Part shown: positions 47,252 to 57,512 of the stretch, piece after piece
Position numbering within the stretch: the stretch's first letter is position 1
Layout: each line of letters begins with the position of its first letter
Source of the DNA: a virus
Length of the DNA: 64,000 nt
Reading direction: 5' to 3' (one strand)
Virus record (IMG/VR): IMGVR_UViG_3300019776_000919
Coordinates: 64,001-128,000 of that record
Position numbers and translations under genes: made by a program
The notes under the pieces: model-generated
Seen by the model: the letters and a program-made list of their open reading frames with translations, nothing else
What the model was told of the DNA's origin: nothing
Databases searched by the model: none

Positions 47252-47572
47252 TTACCAACCAGCGGGCAATGGGTAACCCGCTTTTTTTGCTGCGTTGCGG
47301 GCCTTTTGAAGAGCCGCATCTTTCAAGGGGGAACCTTGAGGATAGTTGCGAGTCATCATCAACTCCCAAATCGCCGTCATCAGTTCGTCAGAAGCAGAGA
47401 ACAGCTTGGCAGTTGCGTGCAACTGGTCAAGGTTTTCAAACACTCGGCTGGGAGTTTCCACCTTGCACTTGAACTTGGGGCAGGGGCGGTCAAAACCGTC
47501 CTTACCCATTGCGTAAACAGTGACCCCAGAAACCTCGAAAGGTTCCTGAACATGTTTCTTTTTAAGATTCAT
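47252..47572 (-). CDS. hypothetical protein
   Basis: LFSASDELM motif resembling the phage L.AAAPEL segment. Confidence 0.55.
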   Translation of the reverse strand: MNLKKKHVQEPFEVSGVTVYAMGKDGFDRPCPKFKCKVETPSRVFENLDQLHATAKLFSASDELMTAIWELMMTRNYPQGSPLKDAALQKARNAAKKAGYPLPAGW

Positions 47573-47594
47573 GAGTAGACTTCCGGGTTAAGGA

Positions 47595-47948
47595 TTAGGG
47601 CTTACTGTAAGTGTCGTGTTGCAAACCCTTGTATGCGCCGATGGCCATGATGCAGCCAGCGATGACTGCAAAGCCTGCAGTCACGTAGCTTTGTATCTCT
47701 GCAGCACGTTCACGTTTGCGGGTCTGATCCATCAAGGTCAGGGTGCGGTCAAAGATGAGGTCTTCACCTTTTTCAGGAACGGAGAGGTCAATCTCCAAGA
47801 GACCAGCTTTGATGTTGACGCGCTCACGCCGTACGGGTGCTCGGCGGTCAGGTTGAACTTGACCACTGGCATCAGTGAAAGTCTTGGGTTTCATGTCTTT
47901 CCTCACGTTGTATGTTACGGGAGAAGGGGGTTTCGCAAAAGGAATCAT
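47595..47948 (-). CDS. hypothetical protein with C-terminal TM
   Basis: AAGGTG RBS. Confidence 0.6.
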   Translation of the reverse strand: MIPFAKPPSPVTYNVRKDMKPKTFTDASGQVQPDRRAPVRRERVNIKAGLLEIDLSVPEKGEDLIFDRTLTLMDQTRKRERAAEIQSYVTAGFAVIAGCIMAIGAYKGLQHDTYSKP

Positions 47949-48012
47949 GAATCACCTTAAAAAAAACCTGAGCAACCGGGTAGGCGCTCAGGTTCTTTCA
48001 GGCCGGGGAGGT

Positions 48013-48342
48013 TCAGGCGGTCAGCGGGTCACCGGCGACTTCAGCAGCCGCTTGGTTCATGGCTTCGGTCAGCTTGCGCTGGCCAACCTTGTTGCCCGCG
48101 TAGTAACCCAGCCCGCCAGCAATGGCAGCAATGCCGACGCCCGTGGCTGCGGCAAAGTAGCCCTTCTGCCACCAGCGCTTTTCAAGGGAGGCGGCCGGGA
48201 CCACGCTCTGATGGCCTTGGCTGTCCACCATCAGGATCTCGCCGGGGCCGGGCAGGCTGGCGGTGTTGGCACGGGTCTCGTTGGCCTCAGCGGTGTTGGT
48301 GGTGGCTTCGGCGTTGGCGGTGTTGGCGTTCTTGTTCGACAT
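48013..48342 (-). CDS. hypothetical membrane protein
   Basis: AGGAG RBS, very GC-rich codons, N-terminus MSNKNANTANAE. Confidence 0.7.
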   Translation of the reverse strand: MSNKNANTANAEATTNTAEANETRANTASLPGPGEILMVDSQGHQSVVPAASLEKRWWQKGYFAAATGVGIAAIAGGLGYYAGNKVGQRKLTEAMNQAAAEVAGDPLTA

Positions 48343-48416
48343 GAGATTTCTCCTAGAAGAGGTTGGGGTTGGCCCGAGTTACGGGCCGAGGTGCTGGATG
48401 GGTTGAAAAGCCTGGA

Positions 48417-48680
48417 TTACAGGCTGGCGGCGTTGTTGTTGACCGTGTCCTGGCCGAGGTAGTCTTGGCCGAAAGCCTTGTGGGCCGCAGCACGACCGGC
48501 AGCGGCACCGAAACATGCCAAGAACACAATGCCGACATAGCCGAGTGCGGCCATGGCAAAGACCTTGGTGGCGCTGGGCTCCTTGGCGCCTTCCTGCTTG
48601 ATGAAGATGATGCGTTCGGTGCGGGTGTTGCCAACGTCAGTTTCGTTGTTGGCAGTGTTGGTGTTGGTTTCGTTCGACAT
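48417..48680 (-). CDS. hypothetical membrane protein
   Basis: GGAG RBS, promoter at 48740, N-terminus MSNETNTNTANNE. Confidence 0.7.
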   Translation of the reverse strand: MSNETNTNTANNETDVGNTRTERIIFIKQEGAKEPSATKVFAMAALGYVGIVFLACFGAAAGRAAAHKAFGQDYLGQDTVNNNAASL

Positions 48681-48861
48681 GAGGTTCTCCGAGAAGTGGT
48701 GGGTTTGTTGCGAGGAAAGCTATTTTTCTCCGCACTATACTTATACCATCTTGTAATTTGAATATTGAAAAATTTGAGCTGTTTTTACATAAAAAGATCG
48801 AAAAAAGACTGAAAATAACTAAAAATACCCGTTTTACGAGTATTTAGGACCGTTGAACGGG

Positions 48862-49341
48862 TTAGTTCAACAGTTTTTGTTCTTGCGGCTCATCTTCGCT
48901 AGCGAGGGCTATACCCACGATAGTTGAGAAGAGTAACAAGGTTGCCATCCCGATGGTAGGTAGGATGCCATCCAAAAAGCTAGATGATTGCTTTTCGGTT
49001 TTTTCAGGAGTACCGATAAGAACAAACTTATCAGCTAACAATTCCTTGCGGCTGAAAGAAAGCACGGGTGCGGAAGAAGATTTCAGCAAGGATTGAAACC
49101 GTTCTTCAGAATCGTACTTTCGATCAGAGATACCGATCTGCACGGGACAGTCGTTATCAGTGACGTGGATGTTGCGGGTATTGTCCGGATTAACCGAAGC
49201 AATTACTGCTGCCAAATCATGAGTAAAGATACTCGCAGACTTGGTGTCAGGGAATCGAACAATCAGATCCCCTGTTTGCGTGTCATCAGGGACAATAAAT
49301 ACTATCCCCATGTCTATGTCATCAGAAAACTCCTCTTTCAT
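48862..49341 (-). CDS. hypothetical protein with C-terminal TM
   Basis: Promoter at 49387. Confidence 0.6.
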   Translation of the reverse strand: MKEEFSDDIDMGIVFIVPDDTQTGDLIVRFPDTKSASIFTHDLAAVIASVNPDNTRNIHVTDNDCPVQIGISDRKYDSEERFQSLLKSSSAPVLSFSRKELLADKFVLIGTPEKTEKQSSSFLDGILPTIGMATLLLFSTIVGIALASEDEPQEQKLLN

Positions 49342-49594
49342 AGTACCCCTTGCTAAGAATGAAACGTACGATCTCCCTACTTAGTTCTTATACCACTTTC
49401 CGTATCGAAAATTGGAATATCGATTTAAACGACTTTAAAGCGATTTTTTTAACGTAAGGTAGGCATGGGTATAGGGTTGCTATTGAAAATTCAACCAAGG
49501 GTCGATTAAGGGCCCTGCTGAAGGTTTCTAGGATAAATTCCTATGTGAGTTATTTCAGATCGAATTAAAGCGAGGTTCCAATCGTTGAAAAAGG

Positions 49595-50171
49595 TCAAAA
49601 GCCAGTTTTTTTCTAGGCTGTTGTAATTTGTCCGGAATTTGTGGCAGAAATTGTTCCAGTAAAATCAGGGAAGAGCCACTTTTTATTTTTTCATTTTTCA
49701 AAAAGTGGCTTCAGGAGTTCCAGTCTTTATTGGTAAAATAGGGTCAAAAGCCAGTTTTCCACTTTTTTTGGAAAAAATATACATACTCTATGAGAGAGAA
49801 AAAAATTTCTGGAAAAATGGAATTCAATATTGTAATATTAAAGTGCCAGTAAAACATACACTTATATATATATATATATATTACTTCTCCTGAGATCTAT
49901 ATTATATATATATATAAGGGACATATTTGTGGCTTTAATGTGTTGATATTTTTTTCCAGAAATTTTCTCTCACACAGAGTATGTATATTTTTTCCAAAAA
50001 AAAGTGGAAAACTGGCTTTTGACCCTCTTTCCCCTGTGGATACTAGAACTCTTGAAGCCACTTTTTGAAAAAACGAAAAATAAAAACTGGCTCTTCCCTG
50101 ATTTTACTGGGACAATTTCTGCCAAAATTTTCGGACAAAACTGGCAAGCAAAAATAAAAACTGGCTTTTGA
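49595..50171. repeat. ~580-bp imperfect palindrome with (TA)n centre; candidate origin or terminus
   Basis: Arms match over >200 bp (e.g. TCAAAAGCCAGTTTT / AAAACTGGCTTTTGA, twice per arm); lies at the divergent strand switch. Confidence 0.85.
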
Positions 50172-50301
50172 TGTTATTGCACCAATTTAGTGCCGATACG
50201 AATTAAGAGGTTTGGTTAAATTTCACATATACAAGAGTCGAATATAAGTCAACTTGTCTTTCAGTTAAAATTCCTATACAATCTAAGTTCCTAACTCAAA
50301 C

Positions 50302-52116
50302 ATGTCTTCTTTAAATCAACCCCCATTAACCCCAGGTTTTGGTAATTACAGCGGCCTAGCAGGGGGCAGTCACGCACAGACAAAAAATCCCTTCTATTCA
50401 GTAGGTAATCAATTCCTACCTAGAAATCTTCACGATGTTATTAAGTGGGTTAGATTTATTACTGTTCAAAGCCCGGTAACTACCGAGGTTTTACGTAAGC
50501 TATCTACTTATCCAATCACTAAGTTCACTTACGACATCAAGGACCCTGCTTTAAAAGACAAGTATGAAAACATAGCTAAAAGCTTTAAGCTCAAGTCTGT
50601 GCTTCATGATATTGGTTTTCAATATCACACACTTGGAAATGTCTTCATCAGTGTTAATTTCCCTATTCAACGTTTTTATGCTTGCCCTACTGAAGGGTGT
50701 GGAGCTTCTTTCTCCGCTTCAAAGGCGTCGTTCTTGACTTTTAAGAACTACTCTATGAAAGGGGTTTGTCCTAAATGCACAAACGACAATATCTTCAGGA
50801 GAGTTGATACTAAGAGTACCAATATTGATGACATGAACGTCATTGTGTGGGACCCTGTAAATATCTCTGTTAACAATAATCCTATTACTGGGAAGAGTGA
50901 GTACTATTACACTATCCCGAATGAAATAAAAAGAAAAATCCAAGAAGGCGACAGATTCCTTCTAGATTCTATACCTTGGGAATTCGTAGAAGCTGTTAAA
51001 GAGAAAAAACAATTTAAATTTGAAAGCAATAGAATATTTCACCTGAAGAATCTGGACATGGGTTTTTCAGTGAACGGAATCTCTGTCCCCCCTCTCGTTA
51101 GTCATTTCAGTTTGGTTTTCTATCAAGCCACGTTGCGTAAAGCGAATGAGAGCATTGCTACTGACTTCATGGCTCCACTTAGAGTAATTTATCCTCAACC
51201 TCAAACTGCCAATTCTGACCCCGTTGTAAGCTTATCAATGAGAAACTTCTCCAATAGGATGGAAGAAGCTATGATTAAACATAAGCAAGACAATAACCAC
51301 GTTCTTATTGCCCCGGTACCTATCGGGTATCAAGCAGTTAGCGGGGAAGGTAAGACTTTGTTGGTTAATCAAGAAATTGCTCAAGCTGAGGAATCTTTGC
51401 TATTGAGCATGGGTGTAAGTAGAGAATTGCTTAGTGGCACGACTAATTGGACCAGCTCTACTGTTGGTTTAAGAATGTTGAAGAATACATTGGATAGTTA
51501 TGTTAATCAAATCCTTGAGCTATTGGACTGGATTTTTTCAACTAGCGCTACTTATTTAAATTTGCCTGTACGTAAGGTTGGACTTACTCCATTCCAACTT
51601 ACGGATGATGATGCACTGAAAAGCATTCTGATTCAATTAACCCAGTCGGGTAATGTATCCATGACTACGATCTATGAATCGATGGGTAGGTCATATGAAG
51701 AAGAACTTGATCGTATTCGTGAAGAAGCTAAATTAAAGGCCCGTAATGACGTTCGTCAACAATTCGAAGTTGAACAAGCTCAGTACCTAGAAGGTTTAGA
51801 GATCAATAAGGAAAACAAGAAAGACGATGGATACATGGATGTACTTAAAATGTGTCAAGACATGGCTTCTCAACTTATCAATGCAGATGAGGGTACTACT
51901 CGTCAGGTCTTGAATGAATTGAAAGTAACGGACTACGCTAAATACTTGATGGTATCCAAGTTAATAGAAGAAGGTAGAAAAACTCAAACCTTGCAAACTG
52001 ATCAAGAGCTAGCGGCTCAAGCGCAGGATCCTAATTCCCCGAATGCCCCTAAGGGTGCGGATCCCGCGTCAAATCAAAGCACCGGGGGTCAACCTCAAGG
52101 TGACGCACCTGTTTAA
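50302..52116 (+). CDS. probable portal protein with Zn-ribbon insertion
   Basis: ~600 aa, first + strand gene, Y..LGNVF, RIFHLKN...GISVPP, CPTEGC...CPKC, disordered Q/P-rich tail; family inferred. Confidence 0.55.
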   Translation: MSSLNQPPLTPGFGNYSGLAGGSHAQTKNPFYSVGNQFLPRNLHDVIKWVRFITVQSPVTTEVLRKLSTYPITKFTYDIKDPALKDKYENIAKSFKLKSVLHDIGFQYHTLGNVFISVNFPIQRFYACPTEGCGASFSASKASFLTFKNYSMKGVCPKCTNDNIFRRVDTKSTNIDDMNVIVWDPVNISVNNNPITGKSEYYYTIPNEIKRKIQEGDRFLLDSIPWEFVEAVKEKKQFKFESNRIFHLKNLDMGFSVNGISVPPLVSHFSLVFYQATLRKANESIATDFMAPLRVIYPQPQTANSDPVVSLSMRNFSNRMEEAMIKHKQDNNHVLIAPVPIGYQAVSGEGKTLLVNQEIAQAEESLLLSMGVSRELLSGTTNWTSSTVGLRMLKNTLDSYVNQILELLDWIFSTSATYLNLPVRKVGLTPFQLTDDDALKSILIQLTQSGNVSMTTIYESMGRSYEEELDRIREEAKLKARNDVRQQFEVEQAQYLEGLEINKENKKDDGYMDVLKMCQDMASQLINADEGTTRQVLNELKVTDYAKYLMVSKLIEEGRKTQTLQTDQELAAQAQDPNSPNAPKGADPASNQSTGGQPQGDAPV

Positions 52117-52129
52117 TACGTAATTTATA

Positions 52130-52417
52130 ATGGAATCACTTCAAAATCTAGACATAAAAACCAAGGGGAGTGCTACTCCTCTTTCAGCGTCTGCCGTACC
52201 TGGTTTTTTACCTTCGAATAAAAACGGAAATCTAAATAAGTTCAGGGTCCGATATCAGAAACTGAATATGGATGAACTCCCTGATATTGCCGAATTGGAA
52301 AAGATTGAAACTAGAGCAATCCATAATGAAGGTTGCTATATTCTTTCCAAGAAAGAGTTCCTGTTTATGGATAAGGTACTTATCCTAGTTCAATACTTAG
52401 AAGAAATTAAAGAATAA
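52130..52417 (+). CDS. hypothetical protein
   Basis: Between the portal-like and RNAP genes. Confidence 0.65.
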   Translation: MESLQNLDIKTKGSATPLSASAVPGFLPSNKNGNLNKFRVRYQKLNMDELPDIAELEKIETRAIHNEGCYILSKKEFLFMDKVLILVQYLEEIKE

Positions 52418-52419
52418 AC

Positions 52420-55400
52420 ATGACTGATAAAATCAATGCCGTAACTGGAGATAAGTTAACTTATATCTTCTCGTCACCTAAGGAGATTAATGACAAGGTT
52501 GATAAAGTTCTAGTTAAAGGTTTGTCCACTCAGTTCCCAGTGGAAGGTAAGCACTTTCGTTTGGAAGTAGATAACATCCGTGCTGAAAGAAAGAACTATT
52601 CTCACGACGATGAAAAAACAGCTATCCTTCAGAGTAAGAGTCTGACGTACCCTATTAAAGCTAGGCTTAAACTTATTCGTAAAGACACCGGAGAGGTCGT
52701 AGATCAGAATCCTGACTTTACGCTTATGGATGGTTTCCATATGACTGAGAAGCATACTCTGCTCTATAAAGGTAATAACTACGGCGTTGCTAATCAATTA
52801 CAATTGCTGCCCGGGGTTTATACCCGTATCGATAACGTGGGTGGGTTAGAGAGTCACTTTAACACTGGCTCAGGTAGAAGCTTTAAGGTTGAACTAGACC
52901 CCCAAACCGAACTTTTTACCATCACTCCTGATGGAACTAGTTCTAAGATTCCTGTTACTCCTCTACTTACTAAAGTATTCGGAGTAGGCCCTTTAGTAGC
53001 CAGCAAATACTTCTCTCCTGAAATCTGGGACAATAACGTTGCTGCTACTGCAGGTAAGGATGACCGCTTTGTAGCAGATCTCTATAGAAAACTAGTTTCT
53101 ACTTCTAAACAAGATCCTCATGCTTCTGTCCCTAAGATGGCTGAACAGCTGAGAGAATCTTTGGCTTCGTCTAAGCTTCACGCTAAGACTACTTTGGCTA
53201 CGTTAGGGAAGTCGTTTGAAGGTATCAACGAAGAGACTATTCTTTTGGCGATGAAGAATCTAGCTGATACCGCTAGTAATAAGCGTAAAGAAGATAACCG
53301 TGACTCCCTGCAATTTAAACGCGTTCAGAATCTTCCGGATTTCCTTAATACTCGTTTCTCTAAAGAGCACCAAGTTGTTAAGTTAATCAAGAGTAGAATG
53401 GCCCGGGAACTGGATCGTATTAATCCTGAAAAACCCACGCTAAAAAATAGCTTAGTACCTAAGCCTTTCAACAAGTTCCTGTCCGGTTACCTCATGGATA
53501 GTAACCTAGTTGCTACCCCGCAAGAAACCAATCCTTTGGAGAGCATTGAAAACGTTGCTAAGGTAACTGTGTTAGGTGCTGGTGAAGGTGGTATCTCCTC
53601 TGATAGAGGCGTACCTATCAGTGCCCGAGACATTGACCCATCCCATTTAGGTATCATTGACCCTAGCCGTACACCTGAAAGTGGACACGCTGGTATTGAC
53701 CAGCGGTTTACCATTACTGCAAGACGTGACGATGACGGTAATCTTTACGCTAGAGTAAAGGATAATAATGGCAAGATCAAATTCTTAAGTACTCAAGATA
53801 TGATGTCTAGTACTATCGGATTCCCCCATCAAGAACACAAGGGTAAGGTACAGGCTCAGATCAAAGGCGAATTGGGAGCTTGCGATGCTTCTGAAGTGGA
53901 TTATTGGTTAGGTGACACCACTGACATGTACACAGTTACTACTAACTTAGTTCCATTCTTGAATAGCAACAGTCCGGGTAGACTTACTATGGCTGGTAAA
54001 GCTATTCCTCAAGCGCTGAGTCTGGTCAATAGAGAGGAGCCACTTGTTCAAACTACTAATGAGCATGGATTACCTTTTGTTAAATTACTAGCTAAGCTGG
54101 GAACTACTGTTGCCCCTCATGCGGGTACGGTCATGAAGGTTGATGGTAACTCAGTAGTTATCAAATCCCCTGAGGGAAAACTCACTTCTGTAAAAGCAGT
54201 TAAGAATCTTCCTTTTAATATGAAGGGTTTCCATGACGATGAAACTCCTTTGGTTAAAGTCGGAGATACTGTTCAGGAGCATGATCAACTATACGAGAGT
54301 AACTACACTAAGAATGGAACTCTTGCCTTGGGTAAGAACTTAGAAGTAGCATATATTCCCTGGAAGGGTTATAACCACGAAGACGGATTGGTAATTAGCC
54401 AGTCTATAGCTGACGGTTTATCTAGCCATCATGCTTATAAAGTTGACTATGAAATCAGCAACGAGTCTGTTCCTAAGAAAGCTTTGTTGGCCCGTTACTT
54501 CCCTGGTAAGTTGACCAAAGAGCAACTAGACAAGCTCGATGATCGAGGTTTTGCTAAACCCGGCGTTACTCTTGAGCATGGAGACCCTGTATTTGCCGTT
54601 CTGGAGCATCGTGAGCCTACGCCTAGTGATAAGATGCTGGGTCGCTTACATAAGAGCTTAGTGACACCATACAAGCTCATTACTGAAGTATGGAATCATG
54701 ATGAAGTCGGTAAGGTTGTTGATGCCCATACTGCAAGTAAGCAGGTTAGATTCATTATCCGTTCTGTAAAGAGTTTAGAAATTGGAGATAAGCTGACTGG
54801 ACTACATGGCAATAAGGGTATCGTATCTTTGATACTCCCTGACTCAAAGATGCCTTACAATAAGAACACTGGTAAGCCGGTTGACATTCTTTTGAACCCT
54901 GCTTCCGTTACTTCACGGGTTAACTTGGGGCAGCTCATGGAAACTGCAGCGGCTAAGATTGCTAAAGCTACTGGTAAGCCATATATGATCCATAACTTTA
55001 GTAAAGGTTCTAACGTAGCCGAGCTTCAAGAAGAGCTAAAAAAACACGGGTTGTCTGATGCTGAGGATATTGTAGATCCGGAAACGAATCGTACATTGGG
55101 TAACATCCTTACCGGCCCCCAGTACTTTATTAAACTTTATAAAACGTCTGATCAAAACTGGTCGGCTAGAAATACTGGTGGGTATGATGCTAACAATCAA
55201 CCTACTAAGGGTGGTGAAGAAGGGTCTAAGAGCGTAGGCTACATGGAAATGCTCGGTTTAATGGGTTCTAATGCTAGAAAGAATCTGAAAGAAATCGCTA
55301 CCATTAAGAGTGAAAACAACCAGGAGTATTGGGATAAGTTTTTACAAGGTCAACCTCTACCTAAACCCAAAACTACGTTTGTATCTAAGAAGTTCTTAGA

Positions 55401-55812
55401 TTATCTAACTGCATCAGGCATCAAGACCACTATTCGTGATGGCGTTATTAAAGCTACCCCTTTGACAGACAAAGACATCCTTGCTATGTCAAATGGAGCT
55501 ATTAAGAATTCATCGATGATCAATGCTAAAACCTTAGGTCCTGACAAGGGTGGATTGTTTGACCCTGCGGTTACTGGTGGATTGGATGGAGAGAAATGGG
55601 CTCATTATAAGCTCGTTGAACCTATTCCTAATCCGTTGATGGAAAGACCCATTAAATCTGTTTTGGGTTTATCAACAAAGGATTTCGAAGACATTACCTT
55701 AGGTAAGATCGGAGTACATCGGGAGGGTGATGTGTTTCATTTACACGATATAGATACTGGCAACAGAATTAAATCTGTTAAAATATCTGCTCTAAATACT
55801 GCAGCAGAATAA
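52420..55812 (+). CDS. rpoB: RNA polymerase beta subunit fused to the N-terminal segment of beta'
   Basis: IDPSRTPES, LVPFL, LALGKNLEVAYIPWKGYNHED, GDKLTGLHGNKGIVS, PVDILLNP...SRVNLGQ, QPTKGG..G; then beta'-like KTLGPDKGGLFDP and AHYKLVEP. Confidence 0.92.
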   Translation: MTDKINAVTGDKLTYIFSSPKEINDKVDKVLVKGLSTQFPVEGKHFRLEVDNIRAERKNYSHDDEKTAILQSKSLTYPIKARLKLIRKDTGEVVDQNPDFTLMDGFHMTEKHTLLYKGNNYGVANQLQLLPGVYTRIDNVGGLESHFNTGSGRSFKVELDPQTELFTITPDGTSSKIPVTPLLTKVFGVGPLVASKYFSPEIWDNNVAATAGKDDRFVADLYRKLVSTSKQDPHASVPKMAEQLRESLASSKLHAKTTLATLGKSFEGINEETILLAMKNLADTASNKRKEDNRDSLQFKRVQNLPDFLNTRFSKEHQVVKLIKSRMARELDRINPEKPTLKNSLVPKPFNKFLSGYLMDSNLVATPQETNPLESIENVAKVTVLGAGEGGISSDRGVPISARDIDPSHLGIIDPSRTPESGHAGIDQRFTITARRDDDGNLYARVKDNNGKIKFLSTQDMMSSTIGFPHQEHKGKVQAQIKGELGACDASEVDYWLGDTTDMYTVTTNLVPFLNSNSPGRLTMAGKAIPQALSLVNREEPLVQTTNEHGLPFVKLLAKLGTTVAPHAGTVMKVDGNSVVIKSPEGKLTSVKAVKNLPFNMKGFHDDETPLVKVGDTVQEHDQLYESNYTKNGTLALGKNLEVAYIPWKGYNHEDGLVISQSIADGLSSHHAYKVDYEISNESVPKKALLARYFPGKLTKEQLDKLDDRGFAKPGVTLEHGDPVFAVLEHREPTPSDKMLGRLHKSLVTPYKLITEVWNHDEVGKVVDAHTASKQVRFIIRSVKSLEIGDKLTGLHGNKGIVSLILPDSKMPYNKNTGKPVDILLNPASVTSRVNLGQLMETAAAKIAKATGKPYMIHNFSKGSNVAELQEELKKHGLSDAEDIVDPETNRTLGNILTGPQYFIKLYKTSDQNWSARNTGGYDANNQPTKGGEEGSKSVGYMEMLGLMGSNARKNLKEIATIKSENNQEYWDKFLQGQPLPKPKTTFVSKKFLDYLTASGIKTTIRDGVIKATPLTDKDILAMSNGAIKNSSMINAKTLGPDKGGLFDPAVTGGLDGEKWAHYKLVEPIPNPLMERPIKSVLGLSTKDFEDITLGKIGVHREGDVFHLHDIDTGNRIKSVKISALNTAAE

Positions 55813-55841
55813 TCTAAAAAAAGGAGGGTACGCCCTCCTTA
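55813..55841. terminator. hairpin terminator between the RNAP gene and the convergent ORF
   Basis: AAGGAGGG-TACG-CCCTCCTT with a T-run and TAG on the minus strand. Confidence 0.6.
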
Positions 55842-55850
55842 TTCACATGC

Positions 55851-56066
55851 TTACTCTATATATCTATCTTCATTTGCAATTTCAATATCAATTGCATCTT
55901 CACGAAGCATGTCGTCCACCTGAGAGAGCCTCAACTTATTTATCTGTCTATTATCAGAACACAACTTGCAATTTCCATGGTTCCTACAACTTCTATCAAA
56001 TCTTTTAGATCCCCGATACTCTTCTCTATCTTCTTTCCCGTATTTGATTGATTTATTTAGAGTCAT
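55851..56066 (-). CDS. small Cys/His protein lying between the RNAP pieces
   Basis: YRGSKRFDRSCRNHGNCKLCSDNR. Confidence 0.65.
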   Translation of the reverse strand: MTLNKSIKYGKEDREEYRGSKRFDRSCRNHGNCKLCSDNRQINKLRLSQVDDMLREDAIDIEIANEDRYIE

Positions 56067-56109
56067 ATTATTTGTTCAAAATGAGGTAAAATTGTAAGGG
56101 ATAATTCAA

Positions 56110-57264
56110 ATGAATACAATAGATACCGATAGCTTAGTTACCGGCGGAGCAGCAATCAGAGATATGCTTTCTGCTATAGATGTCAAGTCTCAATTAGAAA
56201 CTCTAAAAAAAGATGTTTTGACTATTAAATCAACGTCTAAAAAAGACGCTATGATTAGGAAGATTAAATATCTTCACAGTCTGGATCAAATGGATAAAAA
56301 GCCTGATGACGCTTACATCCTGAACTACATGCCTGTCATCCCTCCTGTCAACCGTAGAACTTTATTCAAGGCTGGAAATCGTGCTGAACATGCAGATGTT
56401 ACAACTTTGTATAAGGACCACATGCTAGTTAATAGCAAACTTGGTGAAATTAAGGACGACGTTGAAGGTTCGGAATTAAAAGATCAAAGAGCTGATTTGT
56501 ACAACGGCGCTAAAGCCGTGATGGGATTAGGAGATGCTATCACTGGATCCAGTAGAGGAAAAACCCTTAAAGGTTTCTTGAAGCAGATTGCAGGAGAAAC
56601 TGGTCCTAAGACAGGTTTTTTCCAAGCCAAAATTTTAAGTAAGAAGCAAGACTTTTCGGGTAGAGCTACTATTTACGCTGAACCCAATCTTGGCTTTAAT
56701 GAAATCGCTTGCCCCGAAGATATGATCTGGGCTATGTATGAGTTTCACATCATTCGAGATTTAGTTAAGAACGGATATACTTATCCGGATGCTAAAAAAG
56801 CGGTTGAAAGTAGAAATGCGTCGGCACAATCTACTTTCAACAAGCTTATTAAGCAGATACCCATTATTGCTAACAGAGCACCTACTCTAATGCAAAGCAA
56901 CATCACTGCTCATTTCCCTGTGCCTATTAAAGGTAAAACATTGGGTATCAATCCGATACACTTACCAATGTACGCAGGGGACTTTGACGGCGATGCTTTA
57001 ACGGTACACGTACCGATTACTCCAGAGGCAATTGACGAGGCTAGAAGGAAGTTGCTTCCTGAGCATCACATGTACGACTTCCGTACAGGTTTGGGAAAAT
57101 CTCTTATCGCCCCTGGTCACGAAGCCATTTTAGGATCACACTACTTGACTGATCCAGATATGACTCAGAACGTCAGAGAATTTGATTCTGAAGCGGATGT
57201 GTTAAAAGCCCTTGAAAAAGGTGAGATTCAAAAGAATACACCCATCAAGTTACGTGGCTCTTAA
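56110..57264 (+). CDS. rpoC: RNA polymerase beta' central/catalytic fragment
   Basis: GGAAIRDML, MPVIPP..R, ILSKKQDFSGRATI, ANRAPTL, catalytic YAGDFDGDA. Confidence 0.93.
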   Translation: MNTIDTDSLVTGGAAIRDMLSAIDVKSQLETLKKDVLTIKSTSKKDAMIRKIKYLHSLDQMDKKPDDAYILNYMPVIPPVNRRTLFKAGNRAEHADVTTLYKDHMLVNSKLGEIKDDVEGSELKDQRADLYNGAKAVMGLGDAITGSSRGKTLKGFLKQIAGETGPKTGFFQAKILSKKQDFSGRATIYAEPNLGFNEIACPEDMIWAMYEFHIIRDLVKNGYTYPDAKKAVESRNASAQSTFNKLIKQIPIIANRAPTLMQSNITAHFPVPIKGKTLGINPIHLPMYAGDFDGDALTVHVPITPEAIDEARRKLLPEHHMYDFRTGLGKSLIAPGHEAILGSHYLTDPDMTQNVREFDSEADVLKALEKGEIQKNTPIKLRGS

Positions 57265-57509
57265 TTACCGAATCCAGTAGAGCTTTGTTGATTATCCGAT
57301 CCAGTACCAAACCCTGATTGCACGTTACGTACAGAAGGGTTTGATCTAGGTTTAGGAACAGTGATAGCAAGCCGACTGGCCTTTGCTGCTATCGTTCCCC
57401 TGGATTTAGGAATAACCTTTACTGCGTCTTGCAAACCGTTTCCGTTTTGGTACGCGTTTTTCAAAGCTTCAATCTCTGACTGTGTCCAGAAATAAGAAGA
57501 GTTTCCCAT
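57261..57509 (-). CDS. small HTH-like protein
   Basis: WTQSEIEALK..Y...SRGTIAAKASRL. Confidence 0.55.
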   Translation of the reverse strand: MGNSSYFWTQSEIEALKNAYQNGNGLQDAVKVIPKSRGTIAAKASRLAITVPKPRSNPSVRNVQSGFGTGSDNQQSSTGFGN

Positions 57510-57512
57510 GTG

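Noticed and set aside
49705-49893. 62-aa ORF ending IYIYIY
   Set aside because: Translation of the palindrome arm and (TA)n core.
55813-56109. Intron or intein splitting the RNAP gene
   Set aside because: No group I/II core elements or intein motifs; the gap holds a terminator and an antisense ORF, and the downstream piece has its own start.
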